Positions 1 through 8,635 of a stretch of DNA of 34,779 bases are shown here, in pieces; within the stretch, counting starts at the first letter, position 1; every line of letters starts with the position of its first letter. The stretch spans positions 1-34,779 of the forward strand of contig JACRAJ010000002.1 of NCBI GenBank assembly GCA_016213445.1. Reading direction: 5' to 3'. Both the position numbers and the translations under genes were made by a program. The DNA is from Candidatus Azambacteria bacterium. GTDB lineage: Bacteria; Patescibacteriota; Minisyncoccia; UBA10092. The notes beneath the pieces were generated by a model. The model searched no databases, was not told the DNA's origin, and saw nothing but the letters and a program-made list of their open reading frames with translations.

Positions 1-74
1 AAGCCTTCGTTTTGGAATTTTTCCTCAAGAACTTTGGCCAGCTCCATTTCGTCTTCTATAATCAACAGTTTCAT
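1..74 (-). CDS. Response regulator receiver domain protein, N-terminus only (runs off the window edge)
   Basis: Manual translation from ATG at 74: MKLLIIEDEMELAKVLEEKFQNEG, the typical receiver beta1-acidic pair (LIIEDE) followed by helix 1. Confidence 0.85.
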   Translation of the reverse strand, partial: MKLLIIEDEMELAKVLEEKFQNEG

Positions 75-197
75 AATTTATTAAATAAAGATTATTAGTA
101 AACAATAACAGTTTATCATAATTATTGCTTGTTAATCCAATATTTGCGGCATCTGGAATTATTTTAAAAAAAAATCTATAATGCACATATACATCAA

Positions 198-1469
198 GTG
201 AAACTGAATCGGAAAATCAAAAAATTTTTTAAGCGTTTGGGCCCGGGATTTATTACCGGCGCTTCCGATAACGATCCGTCCGGCATTGCCACCTATTCGC
301 AGGCCGGCGCCCAGTTTGGCTACCGCCAGCTTTGGACCGCGCTTTTTTCATTTCCATTTATGGCCGTTATCCAAGAAATGAGCGGCCGCATCGGCGTGGT
401 AACCGGCAAGGGACTTTCTGCCGTTATCGGGCGCCATTACTCCAAAAAAATCCTTTATTTCGCCATTACCCTGCTTCTTGTGTCAAATACCGTTAATATC
501 GGGGCGGATTTGGGCGCGATGGCTTCTTCTATGCGCCTTTTAATTGATCTGCCTTTTGCGGTATTGCTTTTAGCGATGACCGCGCTTATTCTTATCCTTG
601 AGATTTTTTTAAGTTATAAAACTTACGTTAAATTTTTAAAATATCTTGTATTATCGCTTCTTGCTTATATTGTCACCGCTTTCGCTATCAAACAAAATTG
701 GAGCGAGGTTTTAATATCCACGATACGCCCGACGGTTTTATGGAATAAAGCGTATTTGCTGAATATCGTCGCGATTTTAGGGACGACAATTTCTCCATAT
801 CTTTTTTTCTGGCAATCGGATGAAGAAGTCGAAGAAGAAGTTGCCAAACATAAATTGAAAGAAATGGGAGTCGGCACTCCGGAAATCGGCAAAAAAGACA
901 TTCGCGATATGCGAATCGACACGGTATTCGGAATGTTTTTTTCAAATTTTATAACTTTTTTCATAATTTTAACCGCGGCGGCAACCCTGGCGCTTTCCGG
1001 CATAACGGACGTAGATACGGCCGACAAGGCGGCTACGGCCTTGCGGCCGATCGCCGGCGATTTTGCTTATCTTCTCTTTGCCGTCGGCATTATAGGCACG
1101 GCACTTTTATCGGTGCCGATTTTAGCCGGTTCGGCTTCATACGCGGTTAGCGAGGCTTTTAATTGGAAAGAAGGATTGTATAAAAAATTTTCCAAAGCTC
1201 ATGGGTTTTACGGTGTAATCACCGTTGCCACGGCGATCGGACTGATAATTAATTTTACTCCGATTCCGCCGTTTAAAGTTCTTTATTACGCGGCGGCGTT
1301 AAACGGCATTCTCGCTCCCCCGCTTATGGCTTTAATGTTGATTATCGGCAATGACAAAAAAATTATGGGCAAATACACCAACTCTCGATTTTCCAATATT
1401 TTCGGCTGGTTCATCACCGCCGTTATGGCAATTGCGGCAATAGCGCTCATCTGGAGTTATTTTGTTTAA
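198..1469 (+). CDS. NRAMP/MntH-like divalent metal cation transporter
   Basis: GPGFITGASDNDPSGIATYSQAGAQFGY and GTTISPYLFFWQ motifs; many TM helices; GTG start with TATAAT at 177-182. Confidence 0.9.
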   Translation: MKLNRKIKKFFKRLGPGFITGASDNDPSGIATYSQAGAQFGYRQLWTALFSFPFMAVIQEMSGRIGVVTGKGLSAVIGRHYSKKILYFAITLLLVSNTVNIGADLGAMASSMRLLIDLPFAVLLLAMTALILILEIFLSYKTYVKFLKYLVLSLLAYIVTAFAIKQNWSEVLISTIRPTVLWNKAYLLNIVAILGTTISPYLFFWQSDEEVEEEVAKHKLKEMGVGTPEIGKKDIRDMRIDTVFGMFFSNFITFFIILTAAATLALSGITDVDTADKAATALRPIAGDFAYLLFAVGIIGTALLSVPILAGSASYAVSEAFNWKEGLYKKFSKAHGFYGVITVATAIGLIINFTPIPPFKVLYYAAALNGILAPPLMALMLIIGNDKKIMGKYTNSRFSNIFGWFITAVMAIAAIALIWSYFV

Positions 1470-1553
1470 ACGTTAAAATGAAAAATTCAGAATAAAAAAT
1501 TGTACAATAAATCATTAAATCATATAATAAGTTATCATCATTAAATTAAAAAC

Positions 1554-1952
1554 ATGAATGGATATATTGATAATATAGAAAAAGCGGCGTTGGAAAACGA
1601 TAATTTTCGCAAAGTCCTCTATACCGCCAAAAACAGCCAGTTGGTGCTTATGGCTTTAAAGCCGGGCGAGGAAATTGGCGAAGAGATTCACGCATTGGAC
1701 CAGTTTTTAAGGGTTGAAAAAGGGATTGGCAAGGCGTTTTTAGACGGAGTTGAACATTCTGTCGAAGATGGGAGCGCCGTTGTGATTCCCGCCGGAACAA
1801 GGCACAATGTAGTCAATGTTTCTGCCGATGCGGAGCTCAAGCTTTACACTATTTATTCTCCTCCCGAACACCGGGACGGCGTAATTCATGCGACTAAAGC
1901 CGATGCCATGGCTGACACCGCTGACCATTTTGACGGCAAAACTACGGAGTAA
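1554..1952 (+). CDS. Cupin domain protein (cupin_2)
   Basis: FRKVLYT...QLVLM, GEEIH..DQF and IPAGTRHNV cupin motifs; 132 aa. Confidence 0.9.
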   Translation: MNGYIDNIEKAALENDNFRKVLYTAKNSQLVLMALKPGEEIGEEIHALDQFLRVEKGIGKAFLDGVEHSVEDGSAVVIPAGTRHNVVNVSADAELKLYTIYSPPEHRDGVIHATKADAMADTADHFDGKTTE

Positions 1953-1984
1953 TTAAGATGAAGAATTTGAAATAGCGGCAAGAT

Positions 1985-2020
1985 AAAATAAAAAACGGGC
2001 TTTAGCCCGTTTTTTATTTT
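1985..2020. terminator. Bidirectional intrinsic terminator
   Basis: aaaataaaaaacgggc-ttta-gcccgttttttatttt between the convergent cupin and gtrA genes. Confidence 0.85.
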
Positions 2021-2030
2021 TACGCGTTTC

Positions 2031-2678
2031 TTATTTCTTAAATACGATGAATTTGTAGCCGAAAAAGTTTCCAAAGAAAGCGATGATAATGGCAAAAACC
2101 AACGCTATATTGGCCCAAATTTTCTGATCAATGCCGGCCGGCGCGCCGATAACATTAACAACAAGGTGCAAAACCCCGGTGTTTATAATGGCGACAATGC
2201 CGGAAACAAAGAAAAATTGAAAAGCTTCTCCGGTAATTTTTTTTATTCCCAATTCTTCAAAAGTCCAATATCGGTTCCAGAAAAAACTGTTTGTGACGGT
2301 TATGATAAAAGCGATTATATAAAATAAATCAACGGTGAAACCGGAGGCGATGTCGGTAATAAAAATTAAAAGATTGTAAATTCCGGCGCTAAGAAGCGTG
2401 TTTAAAACTCCTATAACTCCATATTTGCCCAGTTGAAAAAAACCGATTCGATTTTTGTATTTGGCCGCAAGATAAAATATATAAAGAGAAAAGATGGCGC
2501 CGATTGGAATAAAAAACGACCAGAACAATATAAATGGTTTTAATCCGATATTCCATTTTTCCAATAAATCCAGTATTTTTAAATTTTTCAGCGTCGGCAA
2601 TGAAAGCCAGGCAACAATTTCGCCGGCCAAAATTGCCAGCCAAAAATCTTTTTTAGCGTATTTTATTTCAGTTTCCAT
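2031..2678 (-). CDS. GtrA family membrane protein with extra N-terminal TM helices
   Basis: FQLGKYGVIGVLNT, NSFFWNRYWTF and NFFGYKFIVFKK GtrA-type motifs; divergent from two GT-C genes. Confidence 0.85.
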   Translation of the reverse strand: METEIKYAKKDFWLAILAGEIVAWLSLPTLKNLKILDLLEKWNIGLKPFILFWSFFIPIGAIFSLYIFYLAAKYKNRIGFFQLGKYGVIGVLNTLLSAGIYNLLIFITDIASGFTVDLFYIIAFIITVTNSFFWNRYWTFEELGIKKITGEAFQFFFVSGIVAIINTGVLHLVVNVIGAPAGIDQKIWANIALVFAIIIAFFGNFFGYKFIVFKK

Positions 2679-2721
2679 AAACTTATCGACATTTTAACAT
2701 GGATAATCTTTATGGTAAAAT

Positions 2722-4353
2722 ATGGCAATGAGCAGGAAATATATTTTTGTTTTAATATTAATTATTGTTTTGGCGGTTTTTTTTAGATTCCGGCAGTTTA
2801 CGTCAATTCCGGCCGGCTTGTATCAGGACGAAGCGATGAACGGCTCCGATGCTTTGACTTCATTAAAATCCGGCGATTTTTCCGCTCAAGGCGGACCAGC
2901 CTCGGGCTGGAAGATTTTTTATCAAAATAATAACGGCCGGGAAGGAATGATGGTCTGGCTTGACGCGCTGGCCGTAAAATTATTCGGAACGGAACCATGG
3001 GTTTTAAGATTGTTTCCGGCAACAGCGGGAGTTTTGGCGGTTTTAGGCCTCTATTTTTTGGCATTGGAATTATTTGGCGCGGAAATCGCTTTAATTTCAA
3101 GTTTTTTTATGGCGACAAGTTTTTGGGCGGTGAATTTCAGCCGTACGGGATTTCGAGCCGGTTTAATGCCGCTTTTTTTGATTTGGTCATTTTATTTTTT
3201 GCTACGCGGCTTTAATATACGGATGTCCGACGCTCACAATAACGGGCATCGGACATTCGTATTTATGTTCGTTTTGGCGGGAATTCTGTTCGGTTTGGGA
3301 TTCTATACTTATATTTCGTTCAGGTTTGCGCCGGTGTTGGCGCTTTTAGTTTTTGGACCGGCGCTTTTAAAAAAATATAATGGCCGATTTAATCGGCAGT
3401 TATTAATCGGATTTTTATTTTTTATTTTGACGGTTTTTATCATTGCCCTTCCGATTGGATTGTATTTTCTAAAAAATCCGACAGACTTTTTTGGCCGAGC
3501 TTCCGGAGTTTCCGTATTTTCTTCGTCGTCTCCGCTTAAAGCGGCGGCTGCCAGCGTCATTAAAACCGTCGGCATGTTTAACATTGCCGGAGATTTTAAC
3601 TGGCGCCATAATTACGCCGGTTCGCCGGAATTGTTCTTTCCGGTCGGGTTGTTTTTTCTTTTGGGAATTTGGTTGAGCATTAGGCGGTTTGAGTTTAAAG
3701 ACAAGTTTTTGCTTCTTTGGCTTGGAGTTTTTTTACTGCCCAATGTTTTAACAAGCGAAGGCAACCCCCATTCTTTAAGGGCTTTGGGCGCCATGCCGGC
3801 GGCAATGATATTCGCCGGAATCGGCCTGTTTTGGCTTTATCAAAAAATTCAGGCGTATTTTGACGGCAAAATTAAAAATCCGGATTTTTTCAAATACAAA
3901 AGCCAGCTTTTAAGGTTAAAAAAAGAAACATTTTTGCTTTTAATGGTATTTTTGGTTTTTATCGGAGCTTATAATTTTAACGGATATTTCAATCTTTGGG
4001 CTTTTAATCCAAACGTTCTTTCGGCTTTTTCTCGCGACCAAGTTGAAATTGCGAATTATCTGAACAGTTTGCCGGAACAAACGGAAAAGTACGCCATTTG
4101 GGATGCAAGCGACAGAGCGACGGATAACGGGCTTCCGGTATCGGCTCAAACGGTTTATTTTTTAACGGCGAAAAAAATTAAAGTAAATTATTTAAAATCC
4201 GACGAACTTGATAAAATAAATCCCGGTGCAAATGGTTTGGTTATCGCTCCGTTATATTATAATTTGGATTTATTGCGCGATCTGAACAAACGATTTCCGC
4301 AAAGCAAAATTAATTTTATTTACATAAACACCGCCGTTGTATCGATTCAGTAA
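2722..4353 (+). CDS. ArnT/PMT-like (GT-C fold) membrane glycosyltransferase; start may be ATG 2728
   Basis: GLYQDEA acidic motif in the first loop, NNGREG, about 11 TM segments and a soluble C-terminal tail; carries palindromic inserts. Confidence 0.85.
   Translation: MAMSRKYIFVLILIIVLAVFFRFRQFTSIPAGLYQDEAMNGSDALTSLKSGDFSAQGGPASGWKIFYQNNNGREGMMVWLDALAVKLFGTEPWVLRLFPATAGVLAVLGLYFLALELFGAEIALISSFFMATSFWAVNFSRTGFRAGLMPLFLIWSFYFLLRGFNIRMSDAHNNGHRTFVFMFVLAGILFGLGFYTYISFRFAPVLALLVFGPALLKKYNGRFNRQLLIGFLFFILTVFIIALPIGLYFLKNPTDFFGRASGVSVFSSSSPLKAAAASVIKTVGMFNIAGDFNWRHNYAGSPELFFPVGLFFLLGIWLSIRRFEFKDKFLLLWLGVFLLPNVLTSEGNPHSLRALGAMPAAMIFAGIGLFWLYQKIQAYFDGKIKNPDFFKYKSQLLRLKKETFLLLMVFLVFIGAYNFNGYFNLWAFNPNVLSAFSRDQVEIANYLNSLPEQTEKYAIWDASDRATDNGLPVSAQTVYFLTAKKIKVNYLKSDELDKINPGANGLVIAPLYYNLDLLRDLNKRFPQSKINFIYINTAVVSIQ
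2881..2910 (+). repeat. 30-nt double-hairpin element, copy A (in frame, SAQGGPASGW)
   Basis: tccgct-caa-ggcgga ccagcc-tcg-ggctgg. Confidence 0.9.
3217..3262. repeat. Intragenic hairpin of the TCCGAC-core family
   Basis: atacggatgtccgacgctc-8nt-gggcatcggacattcgtat; 19-nt arms with 16 Watson-Crick pairs, 2 G-T pairs and 1 mismatch. Confidence 0.75.
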
Positions 4354-4373
4354 ATAAAAATTTATAAATTATT

Positions 4374-6230
4374 ATGAAAAAAATTAATCTTTTGGCCGCG
4401 GCATTTTTAACAATTTTCGGCTTGCTGGCTTTTACCAGCATGTGGAATGACAATGCCAATTATGATGAAAGAATTCACTTGCCGGCCGGCTATTCGTATA
4501 TCACCCAGCAGGATATGCGGCTAAATCCGGAGCATCCGCCGCTAGTTAAAGATTTAGCCGCTTTGCCGCTTTTTTTTATAAAAATAAATTTTCCGTATAA
4601 AAGCTGGGGTTGGAATACGCCTTTATCGGTTGATTCATCGCGAACTCCGGCTTGGCAAACCGATGTCGGTTTCGGAAATGATTTGCTTTATTTTTCCGGA
4701 AACGACGCTCAAAATATGATGCGGCTCGCGAGAATTCCGATGATTTTGATAGGGCTTCTTTTGGGTTTTTATATCTTCAAATTCAGCAAAGAATTGTGGG
4801 GCGATTGGGCCGGACTTATCGCTTTAGCTCTTTATTCTTTCTCCCCCACTTTTTTGGCGCATACCAGATTGGTGACGACCGATGTGGCCGCCGCCGCCGC
4901 TTTTTTTATAAGTTTTTATTATTTATATAAGTGGCTCAAATTGCCGACCCTCCGCCCTTCAAAAAATGGCGGGGGGCGTAATCTGTGGATTTTTGGAATT
5001 GTTTTGGGTCTTAGTTTATTAACTAAATTTTCAACGATTCTTTTGATTCCGATTTTTGGGTTTATCGTTTTAGTTTGGATTTTACTGCAAGAATCCGGCG
5101 AAAAATTACGGGCTTTAAAAAAATATCTTGGCGGATTTGTTTTGGTTCTAATGATCGCATTTTTGGTAATCGGCGCGGTATACGCTTTTCACGTTCGGAA
5201 TTATCCGGCCCAAAAACAAGCGATTGACACAGATTTTATTTTATCCACTTTTGGTTTCAAGCCGCTGGCTGATTTAAGTGTCTGGATTTCTTCGCAACCG
5301 ATACTTCGCGCTTGGGGTCAATACTTTTTAGGATTTTTAATGGTGCTCCAGCGATCCGGCGGCGGCAATACGACCTATTATCTCGGTTCGATTTCAGCCG
5401 ACGGTTCGCATTCTTATTTTCCGACGGTGTATATGCTCAAAGAGCCGCTCACTTATATTTTATTGGAATTTTTCGCCTTATTTTTAGCTTTGAAAAAATT
5501 TATCGCTTATAAAAAATCGGGCGGCGCGTTGTTTGGACGGGATTTTTCAAATTTGTTAAAAAATAATTTCGCCGAGTTTGGAATGCTGGCTGTGATTTTT
5601 GTATATTGGGCTTTATCCATTAAATCCAATCTCAACATCGGCGTTCGCCATATTTTGCCCTCTTTGCCCTTTATTTACGCCTTAACGGCTCGCCAGATAA
5701 GTTTTTGGATAAAGGGCAGCATTACGGAACGAATTGCGGATTATCGCGGATTTTGGCAGCTTTTTAGTTTGCACTGGCGCCGCATTAAAAAGGGGTTTGT
5801 TGTTGCCGTTTTGTTGATTTGGGCGGTTATTTCCGTTGTTTCCGTGTGGCCGTCGTTTCTGGCTTATTTCAATGAAATTGCCGGCGGCCCCGATGGCGGC
5901 TACAAATTTGTCGTAGATTCAAATCTTGATTGGGGCCAAGATATTTTGCGATTGTCGCGGTTTATAGAAAAAAATAACATTAAAGAAATTAAGATGGATT
6001 ATTTTTCCGGCGCGCCGGCGGAGTATTACATTAAAACCGCGAAAATCGATTCTTACAATCGGGAAATTCCGCAAAAGGGCTGGCTGGCGGTATCGGCGAC
6101 GATTTACATGGGCGCTTGCAAGGGCGATAAAATCCCCTGCTCTTACAACGAACGCGCTTACACCTGGCTTGATGCGTATAAGCCGGTTGCAAAAATCGGC
6201 TACTCGATTTTTGTTTATAAGATAGATTAA
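4374..6230 (+). CDS. Lipid-carrier-dependent GT-C glycosyltransferase (PMT_2/ArnT-like)
   Basis: YDERIHLPAGYSY, RLNPEHPPLVK, LVTTD, NIGVRH and DSNLDWGQD motifs; polytopic membrane protein. Confidence 0.85.
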   Translation: MKKINLLAAAFLTIFGLLAFTSMWNDNANYDERIHLPAGYSYITQQDMRLNPEHPPLVKDLAALPLFFIKINFPYKSWGWNTPLSVDSSRTPAWQTDVGFGNDLLYFSGNDAQNMMRLARIPMILIGLLLGFYIFKFSKELWGDWAGLIALALYSFSPTFLAHTRLVTTDVAAAAAFFISFYYLYKWLKLPTLRPSKNGGGRNLWIFGIVLGLSLLTKFSTILLIPIFGFIVLVWILLQESGEKLRALKKYLGGFVLVLMIAFLVIGAVYAFHVRNYPAQKQAIDTDFILSTFGFKPLADLSVWISSQPILRAWGQYFLGFLMVLQRSGGGNTTYYLGSISADGSHSYFPTVYMLKEPLTYILLEFFALFLALKKFIAYKKSGGALFGRDFSNLLKNNFAEFGMLAVIFVYWALSIKSNLNIGVRHILPSLPFIYALTARQISFWIKGSITERIADYRGFWQLFSLHWRRIKKGFVVAVLLIWAVISVVSVWPSFLAYFNEIAGGPDGGYKFVVDSNLDWGQDILRLSRFIEKNNIKEIKMDYFSGAPAEYYIKTAKIDSYNREIPQKGWLAVSATIYMGACKGDKIPCSYNERAYTWLDAYKPVAKIGYSIFVYKID

Positions 6231-6362
6231 TTGAAAAACAAGCTGCGTTCTAGCTGTCGCTGGACAGCTGAGCGCGCGAGGAAAATTATTTATATTGGTT
6301 TTAAAGATGAAAAAGATTGAAGTGAATGCGGGTTTTGTTTTAAAAAACTAAAAAATAAAAAT

Positions 6363-7154
6363 TTATTTCATTTTGTAAAAAACGCGGGTGGGGATGCGCA
6401 AGTCGATATATGCCAGATTTTTTTCGCCGTTTTTTACGGCTTCGTTCAAAGTGGTGAATAAACTATTCGCTTCCGATTTCGGGTCCTGATTCTGATCCAA
6501 ATAAATCTGCCAGCCGCGATCGGTGACGGCTTTAAAGTTGATATTCGGCGCAGGATCGACTTCAAATTCGGTTATTTTTATTTTATTGCGGGCGATTATT
6601 TCATTATTAAATTGGATTATGAAATTTAAAATGCCGTCGTTTAAAACTTTATCGCCCGGCGCGGCATTGTTTTTTCCAAAGTCTTTTATTTTCAATATCA
6701 AAGCTCCTTCCGTTTGCGGCGCTTCTTTAAAAATAATTCCTTCTTTGTCCAAGTAATAACTGCCGGTATTGTTTTGCCAGATTCCGATCTGCGTTCTTTT
6801 TTCGAAATCAATCGCCAAACCGTGAAGCGGTTTTTTTGAAATGCTGATATTGGTCAATTCGGGAAAGGCCGCCGCCAACTTAACGTTTAACCGATTTTTT
6901 GAAAGAATGAATAAATTTTCGCCGAGATGCAAAGGCGCTGACGCGGCCGTTAATTTATAAATATCATCGGCGGCGATTATGTCGTTTTTAGGCAGTTTTA
7001 CCTCCGTTATTTTGAAAAATGACGAAAAAAACAGCGCCCAAATCGCGATTATTAATATTGCGGAGGAAGCAAAATAAAAAAGTCTGAATTTCCAGTTTCT
7101 TTTTCTCTCTTCTTTTTTTATGGTTTTGAATCTCCAATATTTGCTCGACGGCAT
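6363..7154 (-). CDS. ftsQ: Cell division protein FtsQ/DivIB-like
   Basis: Basic N-terminus, single TM, FKITEV POTRA start, C-terminal YIDLR motif. Confidence 0.8.
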   Translation of the reverse strand: MPSSKYWRFKTIKKEERKRNWKFRLFYFASSAILIIAIWALFFSSFFKITEVKLPKNDIIAADDIYKLTAASAPLHLGENLFILSKNRLNVKLAAAFPELTNISISKKPLHGLAIDFEKRTQIGIWQNNTGSYYLDKEGIIFKEAPQTEGALILKIKDFGKNNAAPGDKVLNDGILNFIIQFNNEIIARNKIKITEFEVDPAPNINFKAVTDRGWQIYLDQNQDPKSEANSLFTTLNEAVKNGEKNLAYIDLRIPTRVFYKMK

Positions 7155-7207
7155 AATATAAAGATAACAAAAAAACGGCCGCTTTCAAAACAACACAAAT
7201 AATTTTC

Positions 7208-7356
7208 CTCTAAAAACAATCCCGCATTCGTTTTCTCGCGGGTTGTGAGCCCGAGCGGGCATGGTTTGCGAAGCAAGAGCGAGGGCGAACCCTTTCATTT
7301 CCCGCGCTGGGGGAAATGAAAAAAGCGAGAAAGTGAATGCGGGGTTGTTTATAGAG
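7208..7356. mobile_element. MITE-like or structured intergenic element with about 32-bp imperfect terminal inverted repeats
   Basis: 7208-7239 matches the reverse complement of 7325-7356 at 28/32; internal hairpins, including a perfect 11-bp stem 7293-7303/7311-7321; related copy at 34641-34696. Confidence 0.6.
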
Positions 7357-7403
7357 CGAAGAAAAAGCAATGAGATTGGGGTTAGGAAAGGAAAGCGGCG
7401 CAA

Positions 7404-8615
7404 TTACATATACTTTTCCAGAACCTTTGGGATTTTTATTGTGCCGTCTTTTTGCTGGCAGTTTTCCATTATGGCGATAATCATTCTGCCGATGGCGAAA
7501 GCGGTGCCGTTCAAAGTGTGCGCGTACATATTTTTTCCGGTTTTTTCGTTTTTATATTTTATGTTGAGCCGGCGCGATTGAAAATCCGTGTCATTCGATG
7601 TTGAATGGGTTTCGCGATACTGATTTTGCCCGGGAAGCCACACTTCTATGTCGTATTTATTGGCGGCTTGCACGCCCAAATCGCCGGTGCAAATTTGAAG
7701 GACGCGATAGGGCAATTCCAAAGCTTTCATTAATTTTTCTTCCATTGAAAGCAAAAATTCGTGTTCTTTTTTGGCGTCTTCCGGCCGCGCAAAACTAAAC
7801 ATTTCCACTTTATCAAACTGGTGAACTCGCAAAATTCCTTTGGTGTCTTTGCCGTAAGAACCGGCTTCGCGCCTGAAACAGGAAGAAAATCCGGCATAGC
7901 GAAGCGGTAATTGCTTTTCGCTAAATATTTCATTCATACGCATTGCGCCTATCGCCTGCTCCGAGGTGCCTATCAAATATAAATCGTCTTTTTCAAGATG
8001 GTAAACTTCATCTTCGTTATAATCCAAATAACCCATGCCGCGCATTGCCTCCGGTTTTAAAAAAACGGGCGGAACAATCGGAATAAAGCCTTCTTTTTCC
8101 AACATATCAAAAGCAAAACGAACAAGGGCGAATTCCAAGCGGACAGCGCCGTTTAACAGGTATCCAAATCGGCTGCCGACGGCTTTTCCGGCGCGTTCGG
8201 CATCTATCCATCCGAGAGACTCGGCAAGAGCCATATAATCTTTAGCCGGAAAATCAAATTTTGGCTTGTTCCCCGCTTCGCGTAAAACTATATTTTCGGT
8301 TTCATCTTTTCCAATCGGCACTTCCGCCAGCGGCAAGTTCGGCAATTTTCTCATAAGTAAATCCAATTTTTCCGAAATAATCTTTTTTTCCGATTCCAAT
8401 TCGCTTAGTTTAACTTTAATTTCTTTGCCCTTTTCCACGTCTTTTTTGTCAGCCGCTTTTTTACGTTCGGCGTTCAAATCTTCGATTTCCTTTTCCAATT
8501 TTCGGTTTTGCTCGTCTAAATTTAAAATCAAATCGACGTCAATATCGAAACCCTTGGCTTTCACGCCTTTTTCAGTATCATTTTTATTTTCTCTTATATA
8601 TTTTATGTCTAACAT
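7404..8615 (-). CDS. serS: Serine--tRNA ligase
   Basis: MLDIKYIREN, GTSEQ, FRREAGSYGKDTKGILRVHQF, HTLNGTA. Confidence 0.98.
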   Translation of the reverse strand: MLDIKYIRENKNDTEKGVKAKGFDIDVDLILNLDEQNRKLEKEIEDLNAERKKAADKKDVEKGKEIKVKLSELESEKKIISEKLDLLMRKLPNLPLAEVPIGKDETENIVLREAGNKPKFDFPAKDYMALAESLGWIDAERAGKAVGSRFGYLLNGAVRLEFALVRFAFDMLEKEGFIPIVPPVFLKPEAMRGMGYLDYNEDEVYHLEKDDLYLIGTSEQAIGAMRMNEIFSEKQLPLRYAGFSSCFRREAGSYGKDTKGILRVHQFDKVEMFSFARPEDAKKEHEFLLSMEEKLMKALELPYRVLQICTGDLGVQAANKYDIEVWLPGQNQYRETHSTSNDTDFQSRRLNIKYKNEKTGKNMYAHTLNGTAFAIGRMIIAIMENCQQKDGTIKIPKVLEKYM

Positions 8616-8635
8616 TTTTTATTTTATTGAATTAT

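Noticed and set aside
7185-7581. ORFs 7185-7403 (-) and 7261-7581 (+)
   Set aside because: They run across the palindromic element or antisense to serS and look non-protein-like
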